Assembly: GCA_002269645.1 (NCBI GenBank)
Contig: NIVC01000724.1
Span: 64,379-106,630, forward strand
Direction of reading: 5' to 3'
Length of the DNA stretch: 42,252 bases
Source of the DNA: Macrostomum lignano
Taxonomy: Eukaryota
Under the pieces are notes generated by a model. The model saw nothing but the letters and a program-made list of their open reading frames with translations, was not told where the DNA came from and made no database searches. This document shows positions 12,626 to 24,663 of the stretch, piece by piece (within the stretch, counting starts at the first letter, position 1; each line of letters starts with the position of its first letter). Both the position numbers and the translations under genes were made by a program.

Positions 12626-13720
12626 GAAAAAGAAAGAGAGATGAATGGATGGAGATGCATTGAAAGTGAGCAGAGTGTAGCAGATACAGATTTAGTGTAT
12701 AGGTTAAAAATAGAATAATTCCAGACTTTAAAGAAAACGCCACAAGTAGCAAATAGCTATTGAAAAAATTAGACTTGCAGAAATATCAATGTTAGCGGCA
12801 AACTTTGAGATTAAAATTGAACTGCTCATAATTTATGTACATTGTTATGAATCGCAAGGTAGTTTTAATGCAGATGTGAACAGTTTATCAAAAAAACAAA
12901 TATGAACTGACTTGCTGAGCTGTAGTTAAATGAATACAAATTAAAAACAGTTAAAATTTTGACAAATTGTAATTACAATATAGGATTATCGGCGCTAGTT
13001 AACGGATTTGAAATATAAATAAAATTTGCAATAACAATAGAATAATTTGGTAAATCACAAGACTGCAGACAAGTTGAATTTCTTGTGTCTGTGTTAAACA
13101 CAATCAGACAGTCGGTAAAGTACAAAGTGCTGTTCAATGCTTTTTTCTACTTGAGCCAGTCACTGCGGATTTCCAAACTGCTACAGACGAACCAACAGTA
13201 ATAGAGGGCATGAAGTCGCTGCTAATGGCTCCAAGTGAACCGTTGTCAAGCATCAGAAATGCATCAATGATCCCGAAACCCGATGGGGCTTTTAAACTTC
13301 TTTGTGGTCTTACGCATGTCGAACAGAAGGACTTCCGAAGGCGTTGGTTATGTATTTGCAGAGACAATCCTTAGCTTTGCAAAATGTATTCAGTCCAATA
13401 CGAAAGATGCCCCTTTTTCAATAGTAGGTTCTTTAGTCAGACTTAATCTTCAAAAATTAATAGTAACTTTCGATTTTTGCGTAAAGATTTAGAACATTCG
13501 AGTGCCATGCGATAATCGCGCGTTTTGGTAGGAAAAATGTATGATTTATTACCACTCCACTTTACGATCTACTTAAGAAGTTCTTAAGAAAAGTCAGAGC
13601 GAATGGACCTGAGACCTGGCATCCGCTGAGACAACAGTGCTCAAAGATCACCCAAAACACGGTCCCTTTGTGTTCAGTGCCCATGCAACTTCGGGTCACC
13701 AGCTGATCCGTCAGTCTCTC

Positions 13721-14207
13721 TCACGCCTTGTCCGCCTCCCCCGTGTCGATCTTGACAACCAGCACAAGATAGTAGAGCCAATAGAAACAGTTGTACAGCA
13801 GGAAGCAGGCCGGGAACAGGAACCGGCTGTAGGCGTCGATGTCAGAGTCCGGCGAGGGCACCGGCGAGGCCGTCTGAGCGGCACCGCCTCCGCTGGCGCC
13901 TTTGCCGCCCTCCTCTACGCTGACCACCAGAAGGTCTTCGAGCTCCTCTGGGAAACCCGGATAGCCATGCGCGTTGCCGGCGGAGGCTACGGCGGCTGAG
14001 CCGGGAGTCGGCAGGCCCGGTGGCGGACCCCGGATGACGGCGAGTCGCTGGAGTTCCGAGCGAACCACGCAGCGAATCTCCTGCTGCCAGTTCTCCATTT
14101 TGGTTCGACGGGCGCGGAATGAAGCGACGGCGAATTCGATCAGGGCGCCGATGACGAACATGATGCTGGCGATGATCCAGATGTCTATGGCCTTGATGTA
14201 CGCCACT
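13721..14207 (-). CDS. Cys-loop anion channel 3' (constant) exon: M2-M3 loop end, M3, intracellular loop, M4, stop
   Basis: Acceptor ..ccaccAG at 14210-14208 is followed by A GTG GCG TAC = (R)VAYIKAIDIWIIASIMFVIGALIEFAV (M3) ... DIDAYSRFLFPACFLLYNCFYWLYYL (M4), with TGA at 13721-13723. Phase 2 matches the donors of the three upstream exons. Confidence 0.92.
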
Positions 14208-16726
14208 CTGGTGGAGGAGGTATTGGGAGCTCTTAGCATCTGTGTGTTTGCATTGCGATTCGAATGATGGGTCGAAGTCTTCCAAATGAGATGAATAGCC
14301 TATTTTATTAGCCTCTCAGAGCATGTAGATGAATTTATGCGATGTATTATAATGTCTCAACTATAATCAATTAATAGTATTAACATTCCATCTCCAAATT
14401 TATGCAAATTAGTGCTGAAAAAGATTTTAATATCTTAGTTCAATTTTCAGACTCCGTCATCAGCTCATAGCCGATTTCCTTGCAGATTGTTGTGAATCCA
14501 GGGCCCCCGAAAGAAGAGCTGAACTGAATTCCCCTAGACCGAGCCGACGAGTGCCCTCATGCAGAATTCCCCATCAAGTATTCGAGTGAGTGGCTGCGTC
14601 GGGACTGCACCGTTCCCTCCTCTCTCCCCTACTCCTCTTGGATTCCTCAAGCCAAGATTTTGCAGTCCCTGCCAGTTGGTCTCTCCGCGGGTTTCCTGCT
14701 TCCAGGCAGGCACAGAAACTTGGATAGCCGCCCCTAGAAGTCCTTCGTTTCTCTCTGTCTCTCTCTCCTCTCTCCTCGGGCATTTCGGAATCGGAATTCG
14801 GGCTCTGGGGTGCCGGTGGGGCTGAGTTAGAATCGCAGGCCAGCATAGACTTCAGTCGAAATGTCGCTTCTGAGAGAGCTGAACTACCTTCGACTCATTT
14901 TCTCTACTCCCTCCCGCAGCCGTGCAGGCCACTGCTAACTCCACTCCTCGCTATGTCTAAAACTCCCCCTTTCAGATTCTCTCCCTCCGCTGTTCCTCAA
15001 ACCTGCGTTGAGTTCAAACTCCCCTCACACAGTCCAAGAAACGAGGTGGAGGGACTTCGGTCGAGGGTGGAAAGGGGGAAGATTTGAGACAGCGGGAGTC
15101 GCAGGCAGAGTCTCTGGAGAGCCGCTGACAGGATGACAAGAGTGAGTAGTCGAGGATTTTGTTTTGGTCAGGAGAGGCTCAACGTGAGATCGAACCGTAC
15201 CTCAATTCAAACTGAAAATTTCCGGCCTCAACTGCCACTCTCCAGCCATGATAACGCCTCTTCGGAATGCCAATTCTTGTAGAATCAACAAATATAAAAG
15301 CTCAAAATCTGACAACATCCCGTTTTTTAGCTCAAGACGTCAAGGCTTCTCTTGTTGTTGCCATTGGACACGATGCAGCTGCTATAGCTAAAATGTTAAA
15401 CACTGGTGAAGGGACTTTGGCAGAGCTATGGGCAGGGCAGAAACGATGCATCGGCATCAGCAAGTGAGTTATCGATCTGCTGTGAGCTGTCGTCAGCACA
15501 GGCAGTGAGGGAGAAGACACTGAGGGAGTGAGTAGGCGGAGCTGGAGGAGAGAAAGATGGGAGCGAGAGAGAGAAAAGAAAACTACAAAGCAGCATCCAG
15601 TAATTTTCAAAGCAACGATGCATCCCACGGCGCTATTAGCAATTTTAGGCCCTAATAATGAAGGCCGAAATCAGTCAAACACGACAGGGGCTCAGAAAGT
15701 AGCCGAGTCTACTCCTGACTTGCTGGAATGTTTACAAGGCTGATGAAATGTACTTTATTTGTTGTGCATATACATCCGCAGATTCGTTGGATCCGATTAT
15801 TTTTTGGCGAAAATTTTCCACTCCTGTAAACGAGAAGAAACAAGGCAGTTTTCTTGGCAAGATTCGGCCAGCCAGGGCTGCATGGTCAGGAGGTTGGGGG
15901 CGAAGGAGGTGAAGCCACGGGCCGGGGGAAGGCTGACGAGCTGACGAGCCGCTGCATGTCACATCCGCTTGACAACAGGGAGATCAGCCGGGGCGTCAGA
16001 AACAGCTACAACAACAGCAAAAGCAGAAGAAGCAGAACCAACAGCAACACCTAGAAGACTGGCAGAACTGTTCCTTGCCGCAACTCTCGCAATGCGCCTT
16101 CTTGCTTTGGAGAACGGTATAAGGGGACAGTGAAAAGAGGCAGGGGGAGAGGGCGTGGCTGATTGAGCCCCGGGGAGATACAGAGCCGCTGCAGTTGAAA
16201 GGCCTGTATAAACAGAGCCCCCGGGGTTCCCCTAGTTGGTCGTCCGGTCCATCAGGAGTGCGATTCTGTGAAAAAAGGGAAGCTGCTTTGCTTTGCCGAG
16301 ACATGCAGGGGCAGCGAGAGAGAATTTAAAAAAGAGGAATACAGACGCGAAAAAATATACAGACAGGGACCTTGGAATGGAGAGAAAGTGTAGGCGCACT
16401 GTTTCAGTTTTCGGAACTGGAACAGCTGCCGCTGCCTCAACTGATTGCCTCAGGGGGAGTAAGGGAGCTCTTGCTCTGGTCCGAGCTGACCACTGAGCTC
16501 AAAACCTTTCAGCCCTTCCCCCAGCCAAGAAAAGAGATTTTATTTTATAAAGCGAAAACACTTTAAAACGGTCTTTTTCCTATTTTCATAGAAACTGGCA
16601 TGCAGTTACTAAGCTGACTTGGGCGAGACGGCCGAGTGGGAACTCGAGAGCGCGGGGGGTTCTCTTCCACTTCAATCCAATTCCGCTGCTGCGTCAGCTC
16701 GAGAATGAGCATTCCCAGAGAAGCAA

Positions 16727-16757
<31 letters not shown>

Positions 16758-17624
16758 AAGGCCGGTTAAACACGCATCTCCTTAGGCTAAGCGGGCAGTC
16801 AGAGAAACTGGGAGGGAAAGCACTGCCAGCCTGGGGTCAATCAGGCTGAAAGCTGGACCCTGAATGTGAACAAGAGTGGACGGGAGTGCTGAGTCCACAT
16901 TGTGGTTGTGTGTGTACTGGGGGGGGAAGTTAGTTGATGCAGTGGAAAATCAGAGGGGAAATTTGTCGATTGGTCCGAAATTCGACAAATAACTTCAGAA
17001 TTCGGTTCTGGTTGGGACTTGCGTCGCTCTCTTTCCTAGCTCGCTGTGTTTGCACAAACTCCCGGATAGCAAACTCAAAAAGACGGTTGTTCTTCATCTT
17101 TTACTTCTTTCTGTCTCTGTCTTTTCTTTTGCTTTTTCATGCCAGCCTCCTTGGCACGTATTTTTGGGACTTTGGTGAATCAACAAATCATTTAGTATTT
17201 TCGGGTACGTGATGCCTTGCATAGAAAATGAAGAAAGAGTTTTTTGAGCAGCATCCACCATCACATATTTAACTTTCCGCATGCAGCTCAATACCCGAAG
17301 TCACTGCTCAGACTGTGATAGCAAAGTTTCGATCTTCTTGGTAATTTCTCTCCAAACTTGATATTTTTTATCGTCTAAAGCCCCTCCTAGAGTCTAAGAC
17401 TCAGTCAACCGCATCATCATTTCTCAGCTGAATCCCTTTTTTCCAGTTCTTGGTTATGCAAAGTAGGCGGCTGGTTTGCGAGATTTACGGCCGAGACGTG
17501 GCCAGATGATTGAGCAGAGAGGCAGCGACAATACGTCAAGGATATGGAAATGAGCATCGGGATACGATCCCACGGGCTCAATTTTCCCTAGAGGGATGGA
17601 CCCTCGTCTCCTGACTAGTCTCAC

Positions 17625-18640
17625 CTGGGCAAATTTCCCATCACGGTCGAAGCCTGAGTGAGAATGCCCAGCAGAGTGAGCAGTCCCAGAGTCACCCTGG
17701 CGGGCACGGCCTCAATGTTGACCCAGAAGTTCAGCCAGCTGACTGTCACGATGAGGATAGAAGGGATGTAGGTCCCAGCAAGGTAGCTGCTCAGCTGCCT
17801 CTCCAGTTTGAACTCCGCCTTGAGGCAGGCGTAGGCGCCAGTGCTGGTGGCGCTGCCTTTGGTGCAGTCGATGGTCTTTGCTTTGCCGGGCGTGTTGAAC
17901 TCGGCAATCTGCATTGAAGTGTCCAGCTCCACCGGTTGTTTGTCCTTGTCCTGCTTCCACTTGAACAGCAGATTCTTGGTTGTGTAACCGTAACTGCCGA
18001 TGTTGACGAAGCAGTTCTGTATGTCCATGGGGAATGTCTGCAGCTGCATCTGGCAGGAGAACTTCATGGTGATCTTCTGCGAGTACAGGATGTCACCGTT
18101 CGGACCCACTCGGATTAGATAATTTGGCTGCGTCATCTTGTGCAGGTAACCCTCTTTTCCGTTGCGAAAGAAAAGGTCTGGCAGCCACAGCTGCTCCTTC
18201 TTGGCCGGTATAGCGATGGAGTCATTGTAGAACTTGAACTGCGGGATATTCTCCCAGCTGAGCCGGTGATCGCGCCAGAACTGCCTCAGGTACATGTCCA
18301 AGCTGAACTCCATATTGATGACGTCGACCTTGTTGATGCTGAGAATTTTCATGTTCACGTCGACTTTAGTCGGTGGCTCAAACGGTTTTCCACCTTCAAC
18401 CAGCGGCGGCTGCGGCTTGCCGCCCATCGTATCAAAAACTTCCACTGGCCGCTGGTGCTTGTTGTAGTTGGTGAAGATTTTCTCAACAATGCGATCTACT
18501 ATGTTGGTGTAGTTGGAGGCCGTGGTGCCCGCCGAGGCCGGCAAGGGCTTCAGCAGCAGCAGCGGCAGCAGCGGCAGCAGCAGCGACAGCGAAAGCTTCG
18601 TGCACCGCCGGTTGCAGTCTGGCGCCGCCGCCGTCGCCAT
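17625..18640 (-). CDS. GluCl-like Cys-loop subunit 5' exon C: signal peptide, whole ECD, M1, M2
   Basis: ATG and hydrophobic leader; WLPDLFFRN; Cys-loop CQMQLQTFPMDIQNC; loop C CTKGSATSTGAYAC; PAR motif before M2 (anion-selective); ends NLP-AG|gtgag. Spliced to 13721-14207 it gives a 500-aa subunit. Confidence 0.93.
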
Positions 18641-20591
18641 GCCGACACTCTCCGCTCGCGGTTGTCCACTTCTGAGTCAGGCTGCGTTGCTGCTTGATTG
18701 TCGGACCCGAAGACTACCTGAATAGCCCTGGTTGATCCCAGAACATTTGATCGGGATTATGACGACGAGGTGATGGTGCTTGGAAGAAGACGGATGCGCA
18801 GTCGCGAGGCCTGCCAGCTTTAGGCGTTTTTAGAGGTCCGGGTAAGTTGAGTTCAGACGGGTACCGGATTGGCACGGTGACTGCCTGCCCCCACTCTGCC
18901 CCGAGTACGCTCGGCCAATGACGGGGCGACCTCTCTCCTTCCCTCAGAATACTGGATGAAAAAGAGGAGTATTTTACACTCGCTGATCTATTATTCGCCG
19001 TGGCTACAATTTTGTTATTTCTAATGAATCCCTGAACCCTTCTTCAGGCTTCAATGTGTCCACGCACCTATTAGAGATTTTATCAACTGCCTGTTTTATT
19101 CCCGCACTAACTTCAGCATCGCGCATCAGCACGACAAAAACCGCGTTGCTGCCATCGCTGTAGAAACGAACTTATGCGATGCTGTCTCTATCTGCACGAA
19201 CTGTTACAATAACACTGTATACAGTTTTATGTCCATCAAGCAACACCGAAGTGTCGCATCTGCTTCTAAGCCACCCGCGGCTCCGCAGCTTAGATTAGTT
19301 GAGATTAAGCGAGAGTTCGCGCAAAATAAAGAGGCCTGAATGACAGGTTAGAGGGAATTAACTAATATTCAGGCAATGGGACATTGTGTGCGCGCGTAAA
19401 TTAACGCGAGGAGAAGAAGCCCAGGTGCGCATGTGCGTGTGTGTGTGTGCAGCACAGGGTGTTACAAAAATGCTGTGTGGTCTTCTCACAGCAGCAGCAG
19501 CTGGTGTCAGTCACACAGCTGATGACAGGCGTAAAGTCAAGCCACTCAGGCTGAAATCACCTTTCCGGTCCAAGGGAGGAACAGAGGCGAGTATGAAGAG
19601 ATGGCTTGGCTGGAGGGACAGGCGTGGAACAAGGGAGAGAGGCAGGGTCGGGTTGAGAGACACGGCGCGGTGTATAGAATTCCGGTTGAGTTGATGCAGC
19701 TGCGTCAATGTTGGGGCCGCGAGGGAAGCTGAAGTCTTCTCTCCTAAAAGTTCCCGAAACTCCTGACATGTAAAAAAAGTATTACAGTGCACAGACAGAC
19801 GGCAGCACGATGGCTATGAATATAGAATCCATTGCCATTAAATGCGCGTTTCACTTGGTCAAGGGAGTTGCAATTTAGTATGAATAATTTGATACACGAG
19901 TCTGGCGAACCGGGAGCCAATGTGCGTGTTTATGCTAAGCATGGACTTCCGCCGAACCCTGCCTAGGAAGGGGTGGGCTCAGGCAAAAGTGTGCTCGACG
20001 GAGCCTTTGGACCAAGGAGACCTGAGACCTGGGACGCGGAACAGTTTTTTAAATTCTGGATCCATTTTCAGGCGTAATGGTTTCAAGCTCAATCGAATGT
20101 CCACCAAATAAACATTTAAAACATGTCAATAGGGGCTCGTAATACGAGCGTATAGTTAAAAAAATTTTAAATGCAAAACCCAAAAATACTGTATGTTCCC
20201 AAACTTCTGCCGAAACTGGCTCGGAGACTTTTCTCTTTAGAGCTTAATCAACTCCCGAAGCTTAGAGAGCAAAAATTTACAAGTTCAGTGAAGCCTATTT
20301 TTATATTTTACAAACTGACGTGCTAAATCACTACTTGTAAGTAGCATATGCAGTATCAGTAACCCTGGTTTCTACTAAATTTGATATCAATAAGGCCGAT
20401 CCGGAATTTAAGTCGAGAGGTTTTTCCAGCTCGCGGATCGCTTGGGTAGCTCAAGAGAGTCAAAGAATTCGAAGATCTGTGGCTCAGTTGTCCGTGGCAA
20501 TTCGAATGGGACACGGATAGCTACTTGTTGGTCCAAGTTACAAGCGTCTGAGCTGTTTAGGGATAGTTTGCATAGCTACGCCTATTCTTAC

Positions 20592-21331
20592 CTGGGCAGC
20601 CAGTTAGCAAAAGTACAAATGTGAGCCAAAATGCACAGCAGCGTTAGTAATAGCAGCAGAGCCAACAGGTAAGGGACAATGTGACGCTTCAGTTTGAATT
20701 CCACTTTCAAGCAAGGATAGAAACCGGATGAGGTAGCGCTGCCTCTTGAACAGTCGATGAGTTCCAGCTCAGCAGGCGCTTGAAACTCGCTAATCTGCAT
20801 CGCGGAGTCTAACTCAATAGCTTTTCTGTATTCTGTGTTGTGCCACCGCAGTAACTGACGATTCGTTGTGTGGCGATGGCTTCCGATGTGAATTCTACAA
20901 TTCTGCGTATCAAATGAAAATGTCTGCAGCTGCATGTGGCAGGAGAACTTCACTGTGGTCTTCTGCGAGTAGAGGACGTTCCCGTTGCGCTGAACCTTGA
21001 TGAGATGGTTCGGCTGAGCCATCTTGTGCTGGTAACCTTCGTTGCCGTTCCGGAAGAACACATCCGGCAGCCACAGCGTGTCCCTCGCGTTCGAAAAGTC
21101 GATGGGATCAAAATAAGATTGGTACTGCCGAAGACTGTCCCAAGCCAGTCGGCGGTCTTGCCAGAACATTCTCAGGAACATTTCGACACTGAACTCCATG
21201 CTGACTGGGTCAATGTTGCTGATTCTCAAAATCTTGATGGTCAAATTCACTTTGACAGGTCCATCTTGATACATTGGCACCTGTTCTTTGTAGTAATCAA
21301 ACTTCCTGTCGAAAATTGGTCCCGGTAACAA
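20592..21331 (-). pseudogene. Divergent GluCl-like 5' exon B: ECD intact, M1 missing, no clear signal peptide or ATG; possibly functional as an atypical isoform
   Basis: WLPDVFFRN, CHMQLQTFSFDTQNC and CSRGSATSSGFYPC are retained. KLKRHIVPYLLA runs directly into the M2-like LLLLLTLLCILAH..NWLP-AG|gtaag. An in-frame TGA lies immediately upstream of 21331. Confidence 0.75.
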
Positions 21332-21573
21332 TCAGGAAAAGATTTTTGTCCCACTTTCGTTCAGAGATTTCAAAACAATTTTTATGGATGATAATTGTAG
21401 AAAATTTGGCACTTGCAAGCGAAATGCTAGCTAATGCTGTGTCCCTAAAAGAATAAGCTGGTTGCTTTGGTCACACTGTCTTCTCTTTATATCTTCGAGC
21501 AATCATTGAGTTATGTGATGGAGCCTTAAGAGATGAGAGGATGCTGACTGACAAATCTGACTCATTCTCATTG

Positions 21574-22024
21574 CACAGGGGCGTCGCCACCGGACGGGGG
21601 GACATGAGGACATGCCCCCCCTCCAGTAAAAGCTATGGGGGGGACATGCTACCCCACCTTGTGACTCGTGGTTGAAATCAATAATTTTGCTTCAGAGCGG
21701 CAAAACATAGCGCCTACTGCGCCAAAATGAGTGCCTGCGGCGCCAAAATGAGTGCCTGCGGCGCTAAAATGAGTGCCTGCGGTGCAAAAATGAGTGCCTG
21801 CGGCGCTAAAATGAGTGCCTGCGGCGCTAAAATGAGTGCCTGCGGCGCCAAAATGAGTGCCTGCGGGGCTAAAATGAGTGCCTGCAGCGCTAAAATGAGT
21901 GCCTGCGGTGCAAAAATGAGCGCTGACGACACCGATTCTGAAAATAATATACATTTAGGAATTTATTCATGTACATGTTCATGTAGAATACACCCACCAT
22001 AAAACCCATGGCGGCGCCCCTGTG
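21574..22024. mobile_element. MITE-like element with ~15-bp TIRs and an internal 21-bp tandem array
   Basis: CACAGGGGCGTCGCC at 21574 and GGCGGCGCCCCTGTG ending at 22024 are inverted with 1 mismatch. About 10 copies of GCCTGCGGCGCTAAAATGAGT lie at 21712-21921. No TSD was found. Confidence 0.7.
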
Positions 22025-24663
22025 ACATTTCAGGTAGTGAATCCATTCCCAGGAAAGACTCCGGAAGGTGTTGTACTGGTGACTACGAAACTATATTAGT
22101 TATCGTTCATTCATTCAAAACAAGTCTGTCTTGTTTCTGTGTCAGCTCAAGTTGTTCGTTGATCCGTCACGGCAAGAATATTGCTGCATCGACAGTTATA
22201 AAAAAGGTGTAAATTCTGTTAGTCAGCTGCGCAGACTGACAAGCACACGGATTTAATTTGTTGAATTGGGTTCAAGTACAAACTTCTTCAAACTTCAGTG
22301 GACAGGCCGACAGCTGACTAGCAAACATTGGCTTATTTTTGTAGCCAAGTCTAGAATTTTCCTCATCAGAATACTGCGCAGTTCCACGAAAGAAGGACTT
22401 GTAAGTTAACTAATGAAGCTTCTAATAAACAATTTTTTGCCTGCGAATTTTTCCTACCATATTGTCCTTTCTGGGAGCCGGCTGCAGCTCAGTTGCTCGA
22501 CTGAGTAAATTCAATTTAAAGACGCTTGGGAAACATTTCTGCTTTTCGTCTGCTGGGTTGAGCAATCCGAATCTGCGACAGAATCGACAGGACGCGAGTG
22601 AACAACCATGGCTCATCGACTTCTTCATCCGGGCAGCTAATTAGAAAAGAAGAATGCCAGGCCTCCGTGTCTGGGGTTCAGATCCAGTTATGGCCTGATT
22701 GAACAAGTTCTACTCATTTACTGTAAGTTTGACTACATTTTTACCAAATCCGTGGGGCTGGACTTACTAATCAAAAATGCATGCCATTCTGAGCCAAACT
22801 CTGCCCCCCAGTAGCCCCTTTAGCAAATCGAAAACCAACTGTAACTCGAGACTAATTTCCATGGACTGCATGGCTAGAATTGGTAAATTGACACCGTATG
22901 CACGGCGACTTGAGCTGTGCGTTGCTCAAGGCATAAGAGGAACCTTTTTTATACACAGCAGGGTCCTAGCTGTGTTCCTGTCAAGACAAGCAATAGTTAT
23001 CACTAACTAAGGGGCTGCTATAGAGAGGATCGATTCAAAAATACTGTAATTAAGCGAGTCTATTCGGTAAGACTTAGCAACTAAGCAACTAAGACAGGGA
23101 ATCTATCCACTCAATTGATAGAACGCGCCTCTTTCTGCTTTTCTGCCAGCCAGAGACGGTTTCGATTGATTTTACGATCTTTTGCAACCGTCTGCTCCTG
23201 CGCTTGAGCTTAGATGCATTATAGCAGAAAGATCTTCTGAGGAGGTATGAGGGGAGGGCATGATGGCCCATTGGAGTGGAAAAGAATTAGCCTTTGATTA
23301 CAGGCCGAGCCACCGATCTCATCGTCACTGAATGCACGGCTCGCTCACGTAGTACGGTACAGGTATTGGCCAAGCGATTTTCGCTGTTTAGTACTATACT
23401 AGCAAGATATGATTACATGTTCCCATATTGTAGAGTATAATAACGGTATTATGGCTTGTTAAGCTACAGAGGCTGCAATCTAAGATCCCCGAATCCCACT
23501 ATCTCCCTATCCTTTCATCAATGGGCTGCGTGTCCATCAATGACAGCTGTTTCTACTGCAGGTTTACAGAGAACATTTCGTTCTTAGGGTTCGATTGTAA
23601 GGCAGAAAGTCGCACGATGTCTGATCACTAATACACGCACCTGTCCCATCTCTGTCAATACATTTAATGTGCACCCCAAGTCAGCAGAGACCGCCGAGTT
23701 TCATTCCATTTGGTAGCGAATATCGTCATGCAGTAATGCAGTTGTCAATGTTGACACAGTGGGGTTAGGTTAGTGCAAACAGCTGGATCGGGGGGGGGCA
23801 TATGTGAGTTTTAAAACCTAATATAAGACAGCAGAAGTTGAAGGTAGCTCATGCACTCCCTATTAGCTACCATCGCAATTCTTTACTCTTACGAGTGCCT
23901 CGTTAGTCTCGGAATGAGACTTTGAGTAGAAAAAAAGTTCAGAGAGTCACGCCGCAAAGGAAGTGAGACAGCCCCCCTGCTGCTAGCCCAGCCTCTGCTG
24001 TCATGGTGGGCGCGCAGCTTTCTTCTTCTCTTTAGTCAAAGTTTAGTCGCAAAAAACGTTAAGAGGCAACGAGGAATGCTCTGACTGCCTGGAGAGTGTG
24101 GCGATGCGTTGAAAACAAGGCCAACCTCCCCCCTCTCTCTCTAATCCCTTCTCCCCAGGCCTGGCAATTAGTGTGAGCAGGCCCGTTGCAACTTTCGGAC
24201 TTTTCTCTGTGAGTCTCTGAGTGACCAGCTGCTTGGAGCAGAGCACGATGAACTGTGCACGTCTGGCGTCTGTGTGTGCGTGCGTGCCCAGAGCCGAGAG
24301 AGACGTGACGCACCAACAAGGGGCACGCGAAACGAAAGCGAAAGTTGAGGAGAGAAAGAGGAGCTCGCTATATAGCAAGAGAAAGAAAGCAAAAGATGTC
24401 GCCGAAGATTTCCTCAAAGTTTCTCTCCGGAGAGGAAGACTTGAAGTTTGGGGATTTGAGTCGAGAGTGCGGGAAGAAAAAAGGTAACGAAGATCGGGAG
24501 AGAGACCTGAGGGGCAGGCCTGAACAGGTCAAGAAGGCCTTCTCTAATTGCGATCAGATTGCCGCCATGTGAGCCTTCCGTTGTGTATTACTTATTCAAG
24601 CAAATTAAAAATAGCACCGAGGTGTCGACTGAGGGCGCATGACTCAGCGAGGCTGACTCTTAC

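Noticed and set aside
14208-14239. N-terminal MLRAPNTSST of the 13721-14239 ORF
   Set aside because: Lies upstream of the CAG acceptor and is intronic; homology starts at RVAYIK.
14480-16900. GC-rich intronic islands and small ORFs as extra exons or shared promoter elements (e.g. CTCF-like sites)
   Set aside because: No channel homology and no motif shared among the three upstream regions could be identified by eye.
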